Shown here in pieces: positions 9,147-17,266 of a stretch of 58,729 bases of DNA. A program made the translations under genes and the position numbers. A model generated the notes under the pieces. That model did not search any database. It was not told the origin of the DNA and saw nothing but the letters and a program-made list of their open reading frames with translations. Numbering within the stretch: position 1 is the first letter of the stretch; each line of letters starts with the position of its first letter. Source of the DNA: Bacillota bacterium (GTDB lineage: Bacteria; Bacillota; Clostridia; Christensenellales; CAG-917); contig JBNMJA010000001.1 in NCBI GenBank assembly GCA_050873585.1, forward strand, positions 1 to 58,729. Direction: 5' to 3'.

Positions 9147-9704
9147 ATGAGAAAAGATTTCGGGGCAAAAACGTGGCTTTATCCTATGCCCGTGCTCATT
9201 ATCGCAAGTTATGACAAAGATGGCAAAGTGGACGCAATGAACGCCGCTTGGGGCGGTATCGGCGATTACGAACAAATCTCTATGTGCTTGTCCGCAGGAC
9301 ATAAAACCGTCAAAAACATTCTCGAGAAAAAGGCGTTTACGGTGTCCGTCGCAACGGAAAAATACGTCAAAGAATGCGATTATCTCGGGCTCGTTTCCGC
9401 AAACGACAATCCCGACAAATTTGCAAATACAGGATTTACAGTCACCCACAGCGCAAGAGTCAATGCTCCTATCATAAACGAACTTCCGTTTGCTCTCGAG
9501 TGCGAACTTATAGATTACGACGCGCAAACGGGCACGATGAGGGGACGCATCGTCAACGCATCTTGTGACGAGAGCGCTCTTACAGACGGCAAAATCGACG
9601 TGCAAAAACTTGCGCCCATCACCTTTGACAGCGTAAACAATGCGTACGTCGTGCTTGGTCGGAACGTCGGGAAAGCGTTTAAAGACGGGTTGCAAATTAA
9701 ATAA
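9147..9704 (+). CDS. Flavin reductase-like (flavoredoxin) FMN-binding split-barrel protein
   Basis: The N-terminus TWLYPMPVLIIASYDKDGKVDAMNAAWGG matches the flavin reductase-like domain pattern. ATG 9147 is preceded by GGGGGT. The ORF track opens at GTG 9126. Confidence 0.75.
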   Translation: MRKDFGAKTWLYPMPVLIIASYDKDGKVDAMNAAWGGIGDYEQISMCLSAGHKTVKNILEKKAFTVSVATEKYVKECDYLGLVSANDNPDKFANTGFTVTHSARVNAPIINELPFALECELIDYDAQTGTMRGRIVNASCDESALTDGKIDVQKLAPITFDSVNNAYVVLGRNVGKAFKDGLQIK

Positions 9705-9822
9705 ACAGAGAATAAATCTTCTGTAAATCGAGTAGCGGCAGTGCAAAATCCGCAACCGCCGTTGCTCGAAATGATGCAGGAAAGCAATGTGACCGCTTTC
9801 AAAAGATTTTTTATGAAATCGT

Positions 9823-9851
9823 TTGACAAACAATAATGTAAATGCTATTAT
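9823..9851 (+). promoter_or_regulatory. Sigma-A-type promoter for the tRNA pair (TTGACA-17-TATTAT)
   Basis: TTGACA lies at 9823-9828, followed by a 17-nt spacer and TATTAT at 9846-9851. This is 17 nt upstream of the tRNA-Ala 5' end. Confidence 0.65.
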
Positions 9852-9867
9852 CTTATAGCATTCACGT

Positions 9868-9943
9868 GGGGATATAGCTCAGTTGGTAGAGCGCCTGATT
9901 TGCATTCAGGAGGTCCTCGGTTCGAATCCGTGTATCTCCACCA
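9868..9943 (+). tRNA. tRNA-Ala (anticodon UGC)
   Basis: The hand-folded cloverleaf has acceptor GGGGATA/TATCTCC with a G3:U70 pair. The anticodon stem is CCTGA/TCAGG with loop TTTGCAT, and the T-loop is GGTTCGAATCC. An encoded CCA is present. Confidence 0.93.
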
Positions 9944-9950
9944 CCTATAT

Positions 9951-10027
9951 TGGATTGTAGCTCAGTAGGTTAGAGCACCACCCTGATAAGGTGGGGGTCG
10001 GTGGTTCGAGTCCACTCAATCCAACCA
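9951..10027 (+). tRNA. tRNA-Ile (anticodon GAU)
   Basis: The acceptor is TGGATTG/CAATCCA, the anticodon stem is CCACC/GGTGG with loop CTGATAA, and the T-arm is GGTGGTTCGAGTCCACT. An encoded CCA is present. Position 1:72 is U:A. Confidence 0.88.
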
Positions 10028-10060
10028 AAAGCACTCATTGGAGTGCTTTTTCTTTTCTTT
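10028..10060 (+). terminator. Rho-independent terminator after the tRNA pair
   Basis: Hairpin AGCACTC-ATTG-GAGTGCT is followed by TTTTTCTTTTCTTT. Confidence 0.85.
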
Positions 10061-10304
10061 CGTGTCCTTATGCGTGTTCTCACGCACGCTCCTATCTGCG
10101 TATATTCTTTTTTTGCATAGTTAATATAAATCTGTATCGAGATTTGTCAATAATATTTTGCAATTTCGGCTATATTATTATGTATTTTAAGTACGTTTAA
10201 GGATTGTTCATTATCATTGCGGCAAAGGAAGGTGCTTATGAGAATACTTCTTGCAGAGGACAGAATCCGCCGACCAGACCGCAATGAAAAAGATCTGAAA
10301 TCCA

Positions 10305-10349
10305 ATAAAAAAAGGGAAAAGCGACGCACTGCGCCGCTTTTCCCTTTTT
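10305..10349. terminator. Bidirectional rho-independent terminator
   Basis: A 10-bp stem GGGAAAAGCG/CGCTTTTCCC (10314-10344) is flanked by A9 upstream and T5 downstream. On the minus strand it is followed by T7. Confidence 0.75.
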
Positions 10350-10631
10350 CGTTGGGTAAGAGAGAGAATATCTTTGCGTGAGCAAATCTCGCACAAAGAA
10401 AACAGGTAAATTATTTTTTGTCCGTTTCGCCACGGAAGAATCGGAATTTTTCGCTTGCGTGCGAAGCACGCCCCCACCAAGCAGACAATTTCGCGAAATT
10501 GCGGCGGGAGCTTTTGACCGTTTATTTTGATAGCAAAAGATTCTCTGCGCGGTAGCAATGCAATAAATCGAGCGAGGCTTTTGGCAATGCACAAAAAAGT
10601 GCGTTGCCGTTGCCTCTGCGACGATTTTTGC

Positions 10632-11378
10632 TCATGCACACTCGAGAAGCAGTTTGTCCGCAACCAGAGCGATAAATTCACCGTTGGTGGGCTTTTCGTT
10701 GGGCGCATAGATTTTGATGCCGAAAACGTTGTTGATATTCTCGATTTTGCCTCTGTTCCAGGCAACTTCGATTGCGTGGCGTATCGCGCGTTCGACTTTT
10801 GATGCGGAAGTCTGATATCTTGCGGCGATGCCGGGGTAGAGTTGTTTGGTGATAGAATTGATTATTTCCGGCGTTTCGATGGTCATTTTGATGGCTTCAC
10901 GCAGGAATTGATAACCTTTGATATGTGCCGGAATGCCGACGGAAATGAAAAGGTTTGCGATGCGCTCGTCCAAAGTTTTGTTTTTGCGCACGTTGACTTG
11001 TGTGCGTTGGACGGGGCGTGGGGATGAGAAATCGCTCATTACTTTCAATAGGGTGTTGTAGTCAAAGGGTTTTGCCAGAAAGTAGCTTGCGCCGTATTGC
11101 ATTGCTTTTTGCACAAAGCCGTCGCTTGCGAGTTGGGACATCATTATGACGATAGAAGATTTGTTTTCCATCGCGCCGAGCACTCCGAACCCGTCCAATT
11201 CGGGCATCACGATATCAAGAAGCACAAAATCGGGTTTGTACAAGTCGATGAGGCGAAGCGCCTCGTTGCCGTTTGCCGCTATGCCGACAACCTCGAATCC
11301 GTCTTGTGCGTTGATAAATTCGCGAATACCCGAGCATAACGCTGCGTTGTCGTCTGCAATTACAATAGTTTTGTTCAT
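10632..11378 (-). CDS. spo0A: Sporulation master response regulator Spo0A
   Basis: The receiver domain reads IADDN...DFVLLDIVMPELDG. The Spo0A-specific C-terminal domain reads GIPAHIKGYQFLREAI...SKVERAIRHAIEVAWNRG. An RBS GGAGG is present. Confidence 0.93.
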   Translation of the reverse strand: MNKTIVIADDNAALCSGIREFINAQDGFEVVGIAANGNEALRLIDLYKPDFVLLDIVMPELDGFGVLGAMENKSSIVIMMSQLASDGFVQKAMQYGASYFLAKPFDYNTLLKVMSDFSSPRPVQRTQVNVRKNKTLDERIANLFISVGIPAHIKGYQFLREAIKMTIETPEIINSITKQLYPGIAARYQTSASKVERAIRHAIEVAWNRGKIENINNVFGIKIYAPNEKPTNGEFIALVADKLLLECA

Positions 11379-11675
11379 AATTTTCCTCCAAATGCAGATT
11401 TTATTTTAATAAACTTATTATAAAATTCGTTCGTGGACAAAAAACCGCATATTTCACGATTTTTTGTCGATGATTGCACATATTTGTTTATTCGATCGGG
11501 ATTTCACAAATAATTGTTGTATTAGGTTTAACAATGCACATTTTACTCGCAATTTGTCGTCTTTTCAACATTTTATTTCACTTATTTTTCAATGCACCAT
11601 ATATGGGTGACGCAAAATTCGAACACACTACATAATGCCCCTTTCAAAAAATTTTTATAAAAAATGAAAATATAG

Positions 11676-11704
11676 TTTACATAATCACATCTTATCAATA
11701 TAAT
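11676..11704 (+). promoter_or_regulatory. Sigma-A-type promoter (TTTACA-17-TATAAT) for the acidic zinc-ribbon gene
   Basis: TTTACA lies at 11676-11681, followed by a 17-nt spacer and TATAAT at 11699-11704. Confidence 0.55.
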
Positions 11705-11733
11705 ATATGAATCAAAACCTAGATGAGGTTGTT

Positions 11734-12231
11734 ATGGGAAAATATAAGAAATGTCCGCGCTGTGAACTGAACTGGATTCCCGTTGAGGAAGAGTTGTGCG
11801 AAGTGTGCAAGGCGGAACTCGGCAAAGCAAGCAAAATCTGTCTTTTGGAAGACGACGACGATATAGACGAAGAGGAGAGAATCTGCCCCGTTTGCAAGGT
11901 CAATTATCTCGAACCGGGCGAAGATATCTGTGCGGCATGCCGCGAAGAGCAAGCAAATTCGGCGCAAAGCAAACTCGACGACGATGACGATTGGCAAGAC
12001 TTTGTCGAAGACGACGAGCCTATCGTGCCAGACGACGAAAACGAAGTTTCGCTCAATCAACTTCAAGAGGACGAAGAAGAGGAGTTCGAGGACGACGAGG
12101 AAGAGCAGTGCCCCGACGATTTAGACGACGATCTTGGCGATATCGACGATTACGCCGACGACGATGACGACGATGACGACGAGGAAGAAGAGGACGAGGA
12201 CGACGATGACGACGATGACGACAAAGACTGA
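11734..12231 (+). CDS. Double zinc-ribbon protein with an extremely acidic poly-Asp/Glu C-terminal half
   Basis: ATG 11734 is preceded by GAGGT; the ORF track opens at 11707. There are two CxxC...CxxC units: CPRCELNW...CEVC and CPVCKVNY...CAAC. The C-terminal ~90 aa are almost entirely D/E and end DDDDDDDDEEEEDEDDDDDDDDKD. Confidence 0.75.
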   Translation: MGKYKKCPRCELNWIPVEEELCEVCKAELGKASKICLLEDDDDIDEEERICPVCKVNYLEPGEDICAACREEQANSAQSKLDDDDDWQDFVEDDEPIVPDDENEVSLNQLQEDEEEEFEDDEEEQCPDDLDDDLGDIDDYADDDDDDDDEEEEDEDDDDDDDDKD

Positions 12232-12273
12232 ATTCGCTTTGAGTCACCATACAATCAAGATAACAAAAAAAAG

Positions 12274-12299
12274 AAAAACGCACTGAAGTGCGTTTTTTG
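12274..12299 (+). terminator. Rho-independent terminator
   Basis: Hairpin AAAACGCAC-TGAA-GTGCGTTTT with a T6 run. Confidence 0.85.
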
Positions 12300-12395
12300 A
12301 TTGAAAAATTGTGCTTTATAGAGATAAGAAATATGTTTGGAAAAATATCCGATAATGCTCGGTCAAACCGCAATATTTCGTTAGAACGATATATC

Positions 12396-12424
12396 TTGAC
12401 AAAAGGAATTATAAATCATATTAT
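12396..12424 (+). promoter_or_regulatory. Sigma-A-type promoter (TTGACA-17-TATTAT) for the LRR lipoprotein gene
   Basis: TTGACA lies at 12396-12401, followed by a 17-nt spacer and TATTAT at 12419-12424. Confidence 0.6.
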
Positions 12425-12558
12425 TATATTAACGTAGATGCTATGGACAAAGGGGAGGCACTTAAGCATCGGAACGTGCTTTTATAGCGCAATCTACCGC
12501 GCGTTCAGAGTATTTGCTAACAATTTTTATCGGACAACGAAAAGTTAGGGAGGATCTA

Positions 12559-15500
12559 ATGAAAAAAGTTGTACTTATTTTTTGCATTGCGTTGATGCTC
12601 GTATTGACGCTTTCTCTTGTTGCTTGCAATGAGCAAGAAGGGGGAAAACCCGCCGCAACGTCCAAATACGTCGAGGGTATGGACGATTTCGAATATTATG
12701 CGGAAGGTTCGAGCGTTTCACTCATTTCGCCGAAGGACAAAACGAAAAAAAGCGTGACGATCCCTGCGTGCGTGACCGAAATTCACTCGGCCGCTTTTGA
12801 CGGCTGCTCGTCGCTCGAGGAAGTCAAGTTTGCAAACGGTAGCAAACTCAAAGACGTTCTGACTTTTGCTTTCAGAGATTGCACTTCGCTAAAAAGCATT
12901 TCTTTGCCGTCATCGGTCAAAACGATAGGCAACAAAGCCTTTTCGGGATGCACCTCGCTTGAAACAGTCGAGTACGACGAGGACAAAATTACCTCTTTTG
13001 GCACGTGCGTTTTTGAAAATTGTTCGAGCCTTGAAAGCGTAACCGTCCCCGGCGTCGTGACGACGATCGGGTCAAAAGATTTTGTCGGTTGCACCTCTCT
13101 TGAAGAAGTGATTCTGTGCGACGGAGTCACCAAGGTGGAAAATGACGCTTTCAGAAATTCTCCCGTAAATTCGCTCTCTCTCCCGAACACACTTCGAGAA
13201 ATCGGAGACTACGCTTTTTACAGCAATGCGTTGACAGGCAAACTCGTTATACCCGAGGGTGTAGAAAAAATCGGTGCGCTCGCATTTGCGGCAATGCAAT
13301 TTTATATGTCCGAAGATGGCATTACGGAACTGGAATTGCCGTCGAGCTTGACAAGCATCGGCGCATTTGCGTTTTCCTCGGCGAAATTATCGACACTCGA
13401 TATTCCTAAAAACGTAAAGTCGATAGGCGTCTGGGCATTCTTCAATAGCGCACCGACAGCCGTAACTTTGCCCGACTCTTTTATAATAGAAACGGAATTG
13501 GCAGATGAAATGCCTCTCTTTGCGTATTGGTCTGACGAAATGACGTGGTCGATTCCGTCGGCAAACGTAGACGATTACGACGAGTATTCTCAAGGGATGA
13601 TAAAATACGTGCTTAACAGTGCGAAGAATCTTACGATTCGATCGGGATTGCTCAAAAAAGACGCAATTGAAAACAACGACAACTTGGAAAATATCGTACT
13701 CGGCGACGGCGTTGAAATCGAAGCGGGCGCACTTGACAATACGAAATGGTACAGCGAGCAACCCGACGGCGTGGTTTATATCGGGAACGTGGTTTACGGT
13801 TGCAAAGGAACGCTGCCGTTTCCGACGACATTGACCATAAAAGAGGGGACGACGAAGATAGCAGAGATGGCGTTTTTCGGACAAATTAACGTCACTGCGC
13901 TCGAACTCCCGAAATCGCTCAAGCAGATAGGACGATTCACTTTCGTAGGGACTGCCATCGACAGAATCTCGGTGTCTGACGAGAACACGTCCTTTGCAGT
14001 GGAAGGCAATTGTTTGCTTTCAAGCGACAAAAAGACTTTGGTGCTCGGTTGTTTTTCAAGCACGATTCCGTCAGCCGTCGAAAAAATAGGCGACGGAGCG
14101 TTTGCTGGAACGTATATCTCAAGCATAAACGTTCCAAAAGGCGTGAAAACGATAGGCAAATATGCGTTTGCAGAGTGCCCTCGATTGACAACCGTGATTT
14201 TTGAGAATGAAAGCGTGCTTACGACGATAGACGAGTATGCGTTTGCCGCTACCGATATCACAAGTATGGATTTCCAATCGCTCACGAAGTTGGAAAGCGT
14301 GGGAGATTATGCGTTTGAATATACGAATATGACGAGCGTCACGTTGCCCGACAGCGTTATCGACCTCGGTATTTGCGCGTTCGGCAAGGGGCTGAAGAAC
14401 ATAAAGATAAATCAAAAAGAAGGGGAAAAACAATCCAAATACTACGTAAAAAACAACTACGTCATAGACCGCACGACGCGTACGATAGTTATGGCTGTGG
14501 AAGGCTGTGTAAATATTCCTCAATCCTTTGCGTACGTTGATAAAGTGAAAGTTTACGATGTGATTGCGATTGGCGATTATGCGTTTGTCGGAGTAAAAAC
14601 CTTTGACAAAACGCTCGTCATTCCGTCTACGATAACGTCGATAGGACAAAAGGCGTTTGCAGGCACGCCGATTTCGTCAATCAAATTTGCGACTCGCACC
14701 GAAAGCGGTCGCAGAGTTTACGATTTGCAATCCGTCGACCAAACGACGTTTAACGACTGCACTTCGCTTTCCAAAATAATTGCACCTGCCGGGATAATCT
14801 CGAAGATAAACCTACCCGACTCGGTTTCGCGAATCGAAATCACGGGAGACGACGATATACCCGACGAGTTTTTGGTGGGGCATACGGGCGTCAGAAGCGT
14901 AACCATTGAGGAAGGCGTGAAGAGAATCGGAGATATGGCGTTTTCGGGTTGCGGCTTGACAAGTCTGACAATTCCCGCCTCGACGACGAGTCTCGGTTAC
15001 GGAGTGGGTGCGTTCTGTCCGCTTGAAAGTTTTGAGATTGCAAGCGAAAACGTGCCGAGTGCCGAAGTACGAGTTGAAGGATATGACGGAAGCGCAATAA
15101 ACGTTATATTTGACAAATGCAACTTGTTTGCGTATGCCGCGGGCGTTCCGTTTTCGTCAAACGGAAGTCATACCGCCAGAACGATTTCGCAAACGACGAT
15201 TGACGGTTTTGACGAACTGTACAAATTGTACGTGGCATACAGAATGAGTTGCGAAAAGGCAAATGGCGAAGATGCGGACAAAGAAGAGTTGCCAAAAGAA
15301 ATCAACGACAGATATGCTCGGTTTTACGACAAGGCGATCGAACTTTTCAAGACGTCTGTTTTGGATTTCGCAAAGAGCGCGAAAGCCGAGTCTACAAACG
15401 GAGCAATCGTCGGAATAAACAATTCGTTCACTTGTGTGGGAAGCAACGCGGCATTCGTTTTTGGCGATGAAAAATCGGGAGGGATCGATTTGCAAGCGCT

Positions 15501-16890
15501 CGTTGCAAAATTGTATGGATTTGACGCAAAAGACTATTTTGTTCAAACGGTCGGCACAATAGTTAAAGCATTCGAGAACTTTTCGGGGTCGGTCGATAGC
15601 CTTGGCGGTTTCAATACCGGAAACGGATTCGTTTTTCCGATCGCAATTCAGAGCGATTCTGCGGGAGTTATCCTCACTTGCGTCGTGTTCGACGCAAATG
15701 GCAACGCGTCGGTGTGGATAAACGACGTCAAGACGGCGCTCAGCGCAACCAACTTTGACGAAAAGCATTATACGAAAGACAACGTTACGAACCAATTGTT
15801 CTGCAAATACGAGTTATTCTCGACCTTTGCGCCGAAATATTATATAAAAAACAATTACGTCATCGACAAAGAATCGCGCACGATAGTTATGGCGCTTGAC
15901 GGTTGCGGAGAAATCCCGACGTCGTATACCATGGACAAAACGACGAGAGTTTACGACGTCGTTGCGATAGGTGCTCGTGCGTTTTTAGGCTCGTCGATTG
16001 AGAGAATCGTTATTCCCGGCAACGTGAAAGAAATCGGTTACGGTGCGTTCGAAAACAGTGCAGTTAAAGAAGTCGTGATGCAAAAAGGCGTTGAGCGCAT
16101 AGGAAGGAGCGCTTTCTTCGGAGCGGAAAATCTCGAAACGGTCACCGTTCCCGACAGCGCAAGTTTCATCGGAGCGAAGGCTTTTGACAAAACGCCGTTT
16201 TTGGAAGCGAAAAAACTTGGCGGCGGAGTCGTTTACGTTGGCAAGGTCGTGTATACTTATTCTCCAAAGACTATCACCGACGAGAAAGGCAACGTCGCGG
16301 GAGTGGAGAACCCAAAGGAAATCGTCATAGAAGACGGCACGACGGGCTTTGCCGAACACGCCCTCGAGTATCTGTCATCACTCAAGAAGATGGTTTTGCC
16401 GTCATCGATTAAGGTTATTGGTCAAGAGGCGTTTTTCGGATGTAAGAATCTTTCGGAAATATATTTCAACGGCTCGTTTGACGAGTGGAACGCTATAGAG
16501 AAGGGTGCGTCTTGGGATGCGCATACGCCAAAGAAAAACATATGGACTCTTTGCCAGTGCACCGACAAGAACCACGATCACAACCACGACGGATGTGTCG
16601 ACGGAGCGCGCATAACGTGCAACGCACACAATTTGACTTGCGAAAATCTATCGCACAACCACAACGACTCCGACAATCTTGCCGCAGACTGCAACGATCA
16701 AAACAAAGGCTACGTCCTCAACGGCGGTGGCATGTGCGACGAATGTTTTGCGTGGGAGTATAACCAACTTTGTCCGAAATGCGAAACTAACTATCGCGAC
16801 CTCGATAAAGAAAAATGCAAAAGTTGCATAGAGAAAGAAAAGAAAGAAAAAGAAGAACGAGAAAAACAGCAACAAGGAAAGTCGATGTAA
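12559..16890 (+). CDS. Giant BspA-type leucine-rich-repeat surface lipoprotein with a Cys/His-rich zinc-ribbon-like C-terminus
   Basis: ATG 12559 follows GGGAGG. A lipoprotein signal LSLVAC is present. Dozens of ~23-aa repeats follow the form xIxxxAFxxCxxLxxVxIPxxVxxI. A large internal duplication is visible (KYYVKNNYVIDRTTRTIVMAVEGC and KYYIKNNYVIDKESRTIVMALDGC). The C-terminal ~110 aa are Cys/His-rich and are followed by a KE-rich tail. Confidence 0.85.
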   Translation: MKKVVLIFCIALMLVLTLSLVACNEQEGGKPAATSKYVEGMDDFEYYAEGSSVSLISPKDKTKKSVTIPACVTEIHSAAFDGCSSLEEVKFANGSKLKDVLTFAFRDCTSLKSISLPSSVKTIGNKAFSGCTSLETVEYDEDKITSFGTCVFENCSSLESVTVPGVVTTIGSKDFVGCTSLEEVILCDGVTKVENDAFRNSPVNSLSLPNTLREIGDYAFYSNALTGKLVIPEGVEKIGALAFAAMQFYMSEDGITELELPSSLTSIGAFAFSSAKLSTLDIPKNVKSIGVWAFFNSAPTAVTLPDSFIIETELADEMPLFAYWSDEMTWSIPSANVDDYDEYSQGMIKYVLNSAKNLTIRSGLLKKDAIENNDNLENIVLGDGVEIEAGALDNTKWYSEQPDGVVYIGNVVYGCKGTLPFPTTLTIKEGTTKIAEMAFFGQINVTALELPKSLKQIGRFTFVGTAIDRISVSDENTSFAVEGNCLLSSDKKTLVLGCFSSTIPSAVEKIGDGAFAGTYISSINVPKGVKTIGKYAFAECPRLTTVIFENESVLTTIDEYAFAATDITSMDFQSLTKLESVGDYAFEYTNMTSVTLPDSVIDLGICAFGKGLKNIKINQKEGEKQSKYYVKNNYVIDRTTRTIVMAVEGCVNIPQSFAYVDKVKVYDVIAIGDYAFVGVKTFDKTLVIPSTITSIGQKAFAGTPISSIKFATRTESGRRVYDLQSVDQTTFNDCTSLSKIIAPAGIISKINLPDSVSRIEITGDDDIPDEFLVGHTGVRSVTIEEGVKRIGDMAFSGCGLTSLTIPASTTSLGYGVGAFCPLESFEIASENVPSAEVRVEGYDGSAINVIFDKCNLFAYAAGVPFSSNGSHTARTISQTTIDGFDELYKLYVAYRMSCEKANGEDADKEELPKEINDRYARFYDKAIELFKTSVLDFAKSAKAESTNGAIVGINNSFTCVGSNAAFVFGDEKSGGIDLQALVAKLYGFDAKDYFVQTVGTIVKAFENFSGSVDSLGGFNTGNGFVFPIAIQSDSAGVILTCVVFDANGNASVWINDVKTALSATNFDEKHYTKDNVTNQLFCKYELFSTFAPKYYIKNNYVIDKESRTIVMALDGCGEIPTSYTMDKTTRVYDVVAIGARAFLGSSIERIVIPGNVKEIGYGAFENSAVKEVVMQKGVERIGRSAFFGAENLETVTVPDSASFIGAKAFDKTPFLEAKKLGGGVVYVGKVVYTYSPKTITDEKGNVAGVENPKEIVIEDGTTGFAEHALEYLSSLKKMVLPSSIKVIGQEAFFGCKNLSEIYFNGSFDEWNAIEKGASWDAHTPKKNIWTLCQCTDKNHDHNHDGCVDGARITCNAHNLTCENLSHNHNDSDNLAADCNDQNKGYVLNGGGMCDECFAWEYNQLCPKCETNYRDLDKEKCKSCIEKEKKEKEEREKQQQGKSM

Positions 16891-16916
16891 GAAGCGACGT
16901 CGACGGTTTGGCTCGC

Positions 16917-16955
16917 AAAAGGCACTCGAGAGAGTGCCTTTTGTTTTGTTTTTTA
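16917..16955 (+). terminator. Rho-independent terminator
   Basis: Hairpin AAAAGGCACTC-GAGAGA-GTGCCTTTT is followed by GTTTTGTTTTTT. Confidence 0.85.
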
Positions 16956-17002
16956 TATAGAATTGAAGGCATTTTATAAGGTTGTAATAGTATAAAAGAG
17001 AT

Positions 17003-17105
17003 GCGTAAAATCGATGCGCAATGAGAATCGCAAAAACTCGATATTTGGATGAAGAACAAGAAAGAGCCTTTTTTACAGACAGGAGCGTACTTGAAGAAAC
17101 GGACG
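17003..17105 (-). repeat. Partial copy (one arm plus apex) of the palindromic element family
   Basis: It contains CTCGATATTTGGATGAAGAACAAGAAAGAGCCTTTTTTACAGACAGGAGCGTACTT, nearly identical to 17151-17206. The second arm is missing. Confidence 0.75.
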
Positions 17106-17147
17106 GAATAAAAGAACGTAAAATTGCTGCGTAATGAGAATTGTAAA

Positions 17148-17266
17148 GAACTCGCTATTTGGATGAAAAACAAGAAAGAGCCGTTTTTACAGACAGGAGC
17201 GTACTTATCGTACGTGACTGTTTGTAAAAACGGCTCTGACGAAGTTGTTCGCCAAATAGCGAGTTC
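17148..17266 (-). repeat. Complete palindromic element (apex variant A) abutting the proS stop codon
   Basis: The outer stem GAACTCGCTATTTGG/CCAAATAGCGAGTTC is perfect over 15 bp. The inner stem is GAGCCGTTTTTACAGACAG/CTGTTTGTAAAAACGGCTC. The apex is ACGTAC...GTACGT. The copy ends 1 nt from the proS stop. Confidence 0.9.

Noticed and set aside
9991-10200. 69-aa ORF after the tRNAs.
   Set aside because: It starts inside tRNA-Ile and runs through its terminator. It is not coding.
11379-11706. Spo0A boxes or a sigma-H promoter upstream of spo0A.
   Set aside because: Only imperfect 0A-box-like heptamers are present (TGTCGAT, TGTCGTC). I found no convincing sigma-H -35/-10 pair. This is too weak to report as a site.
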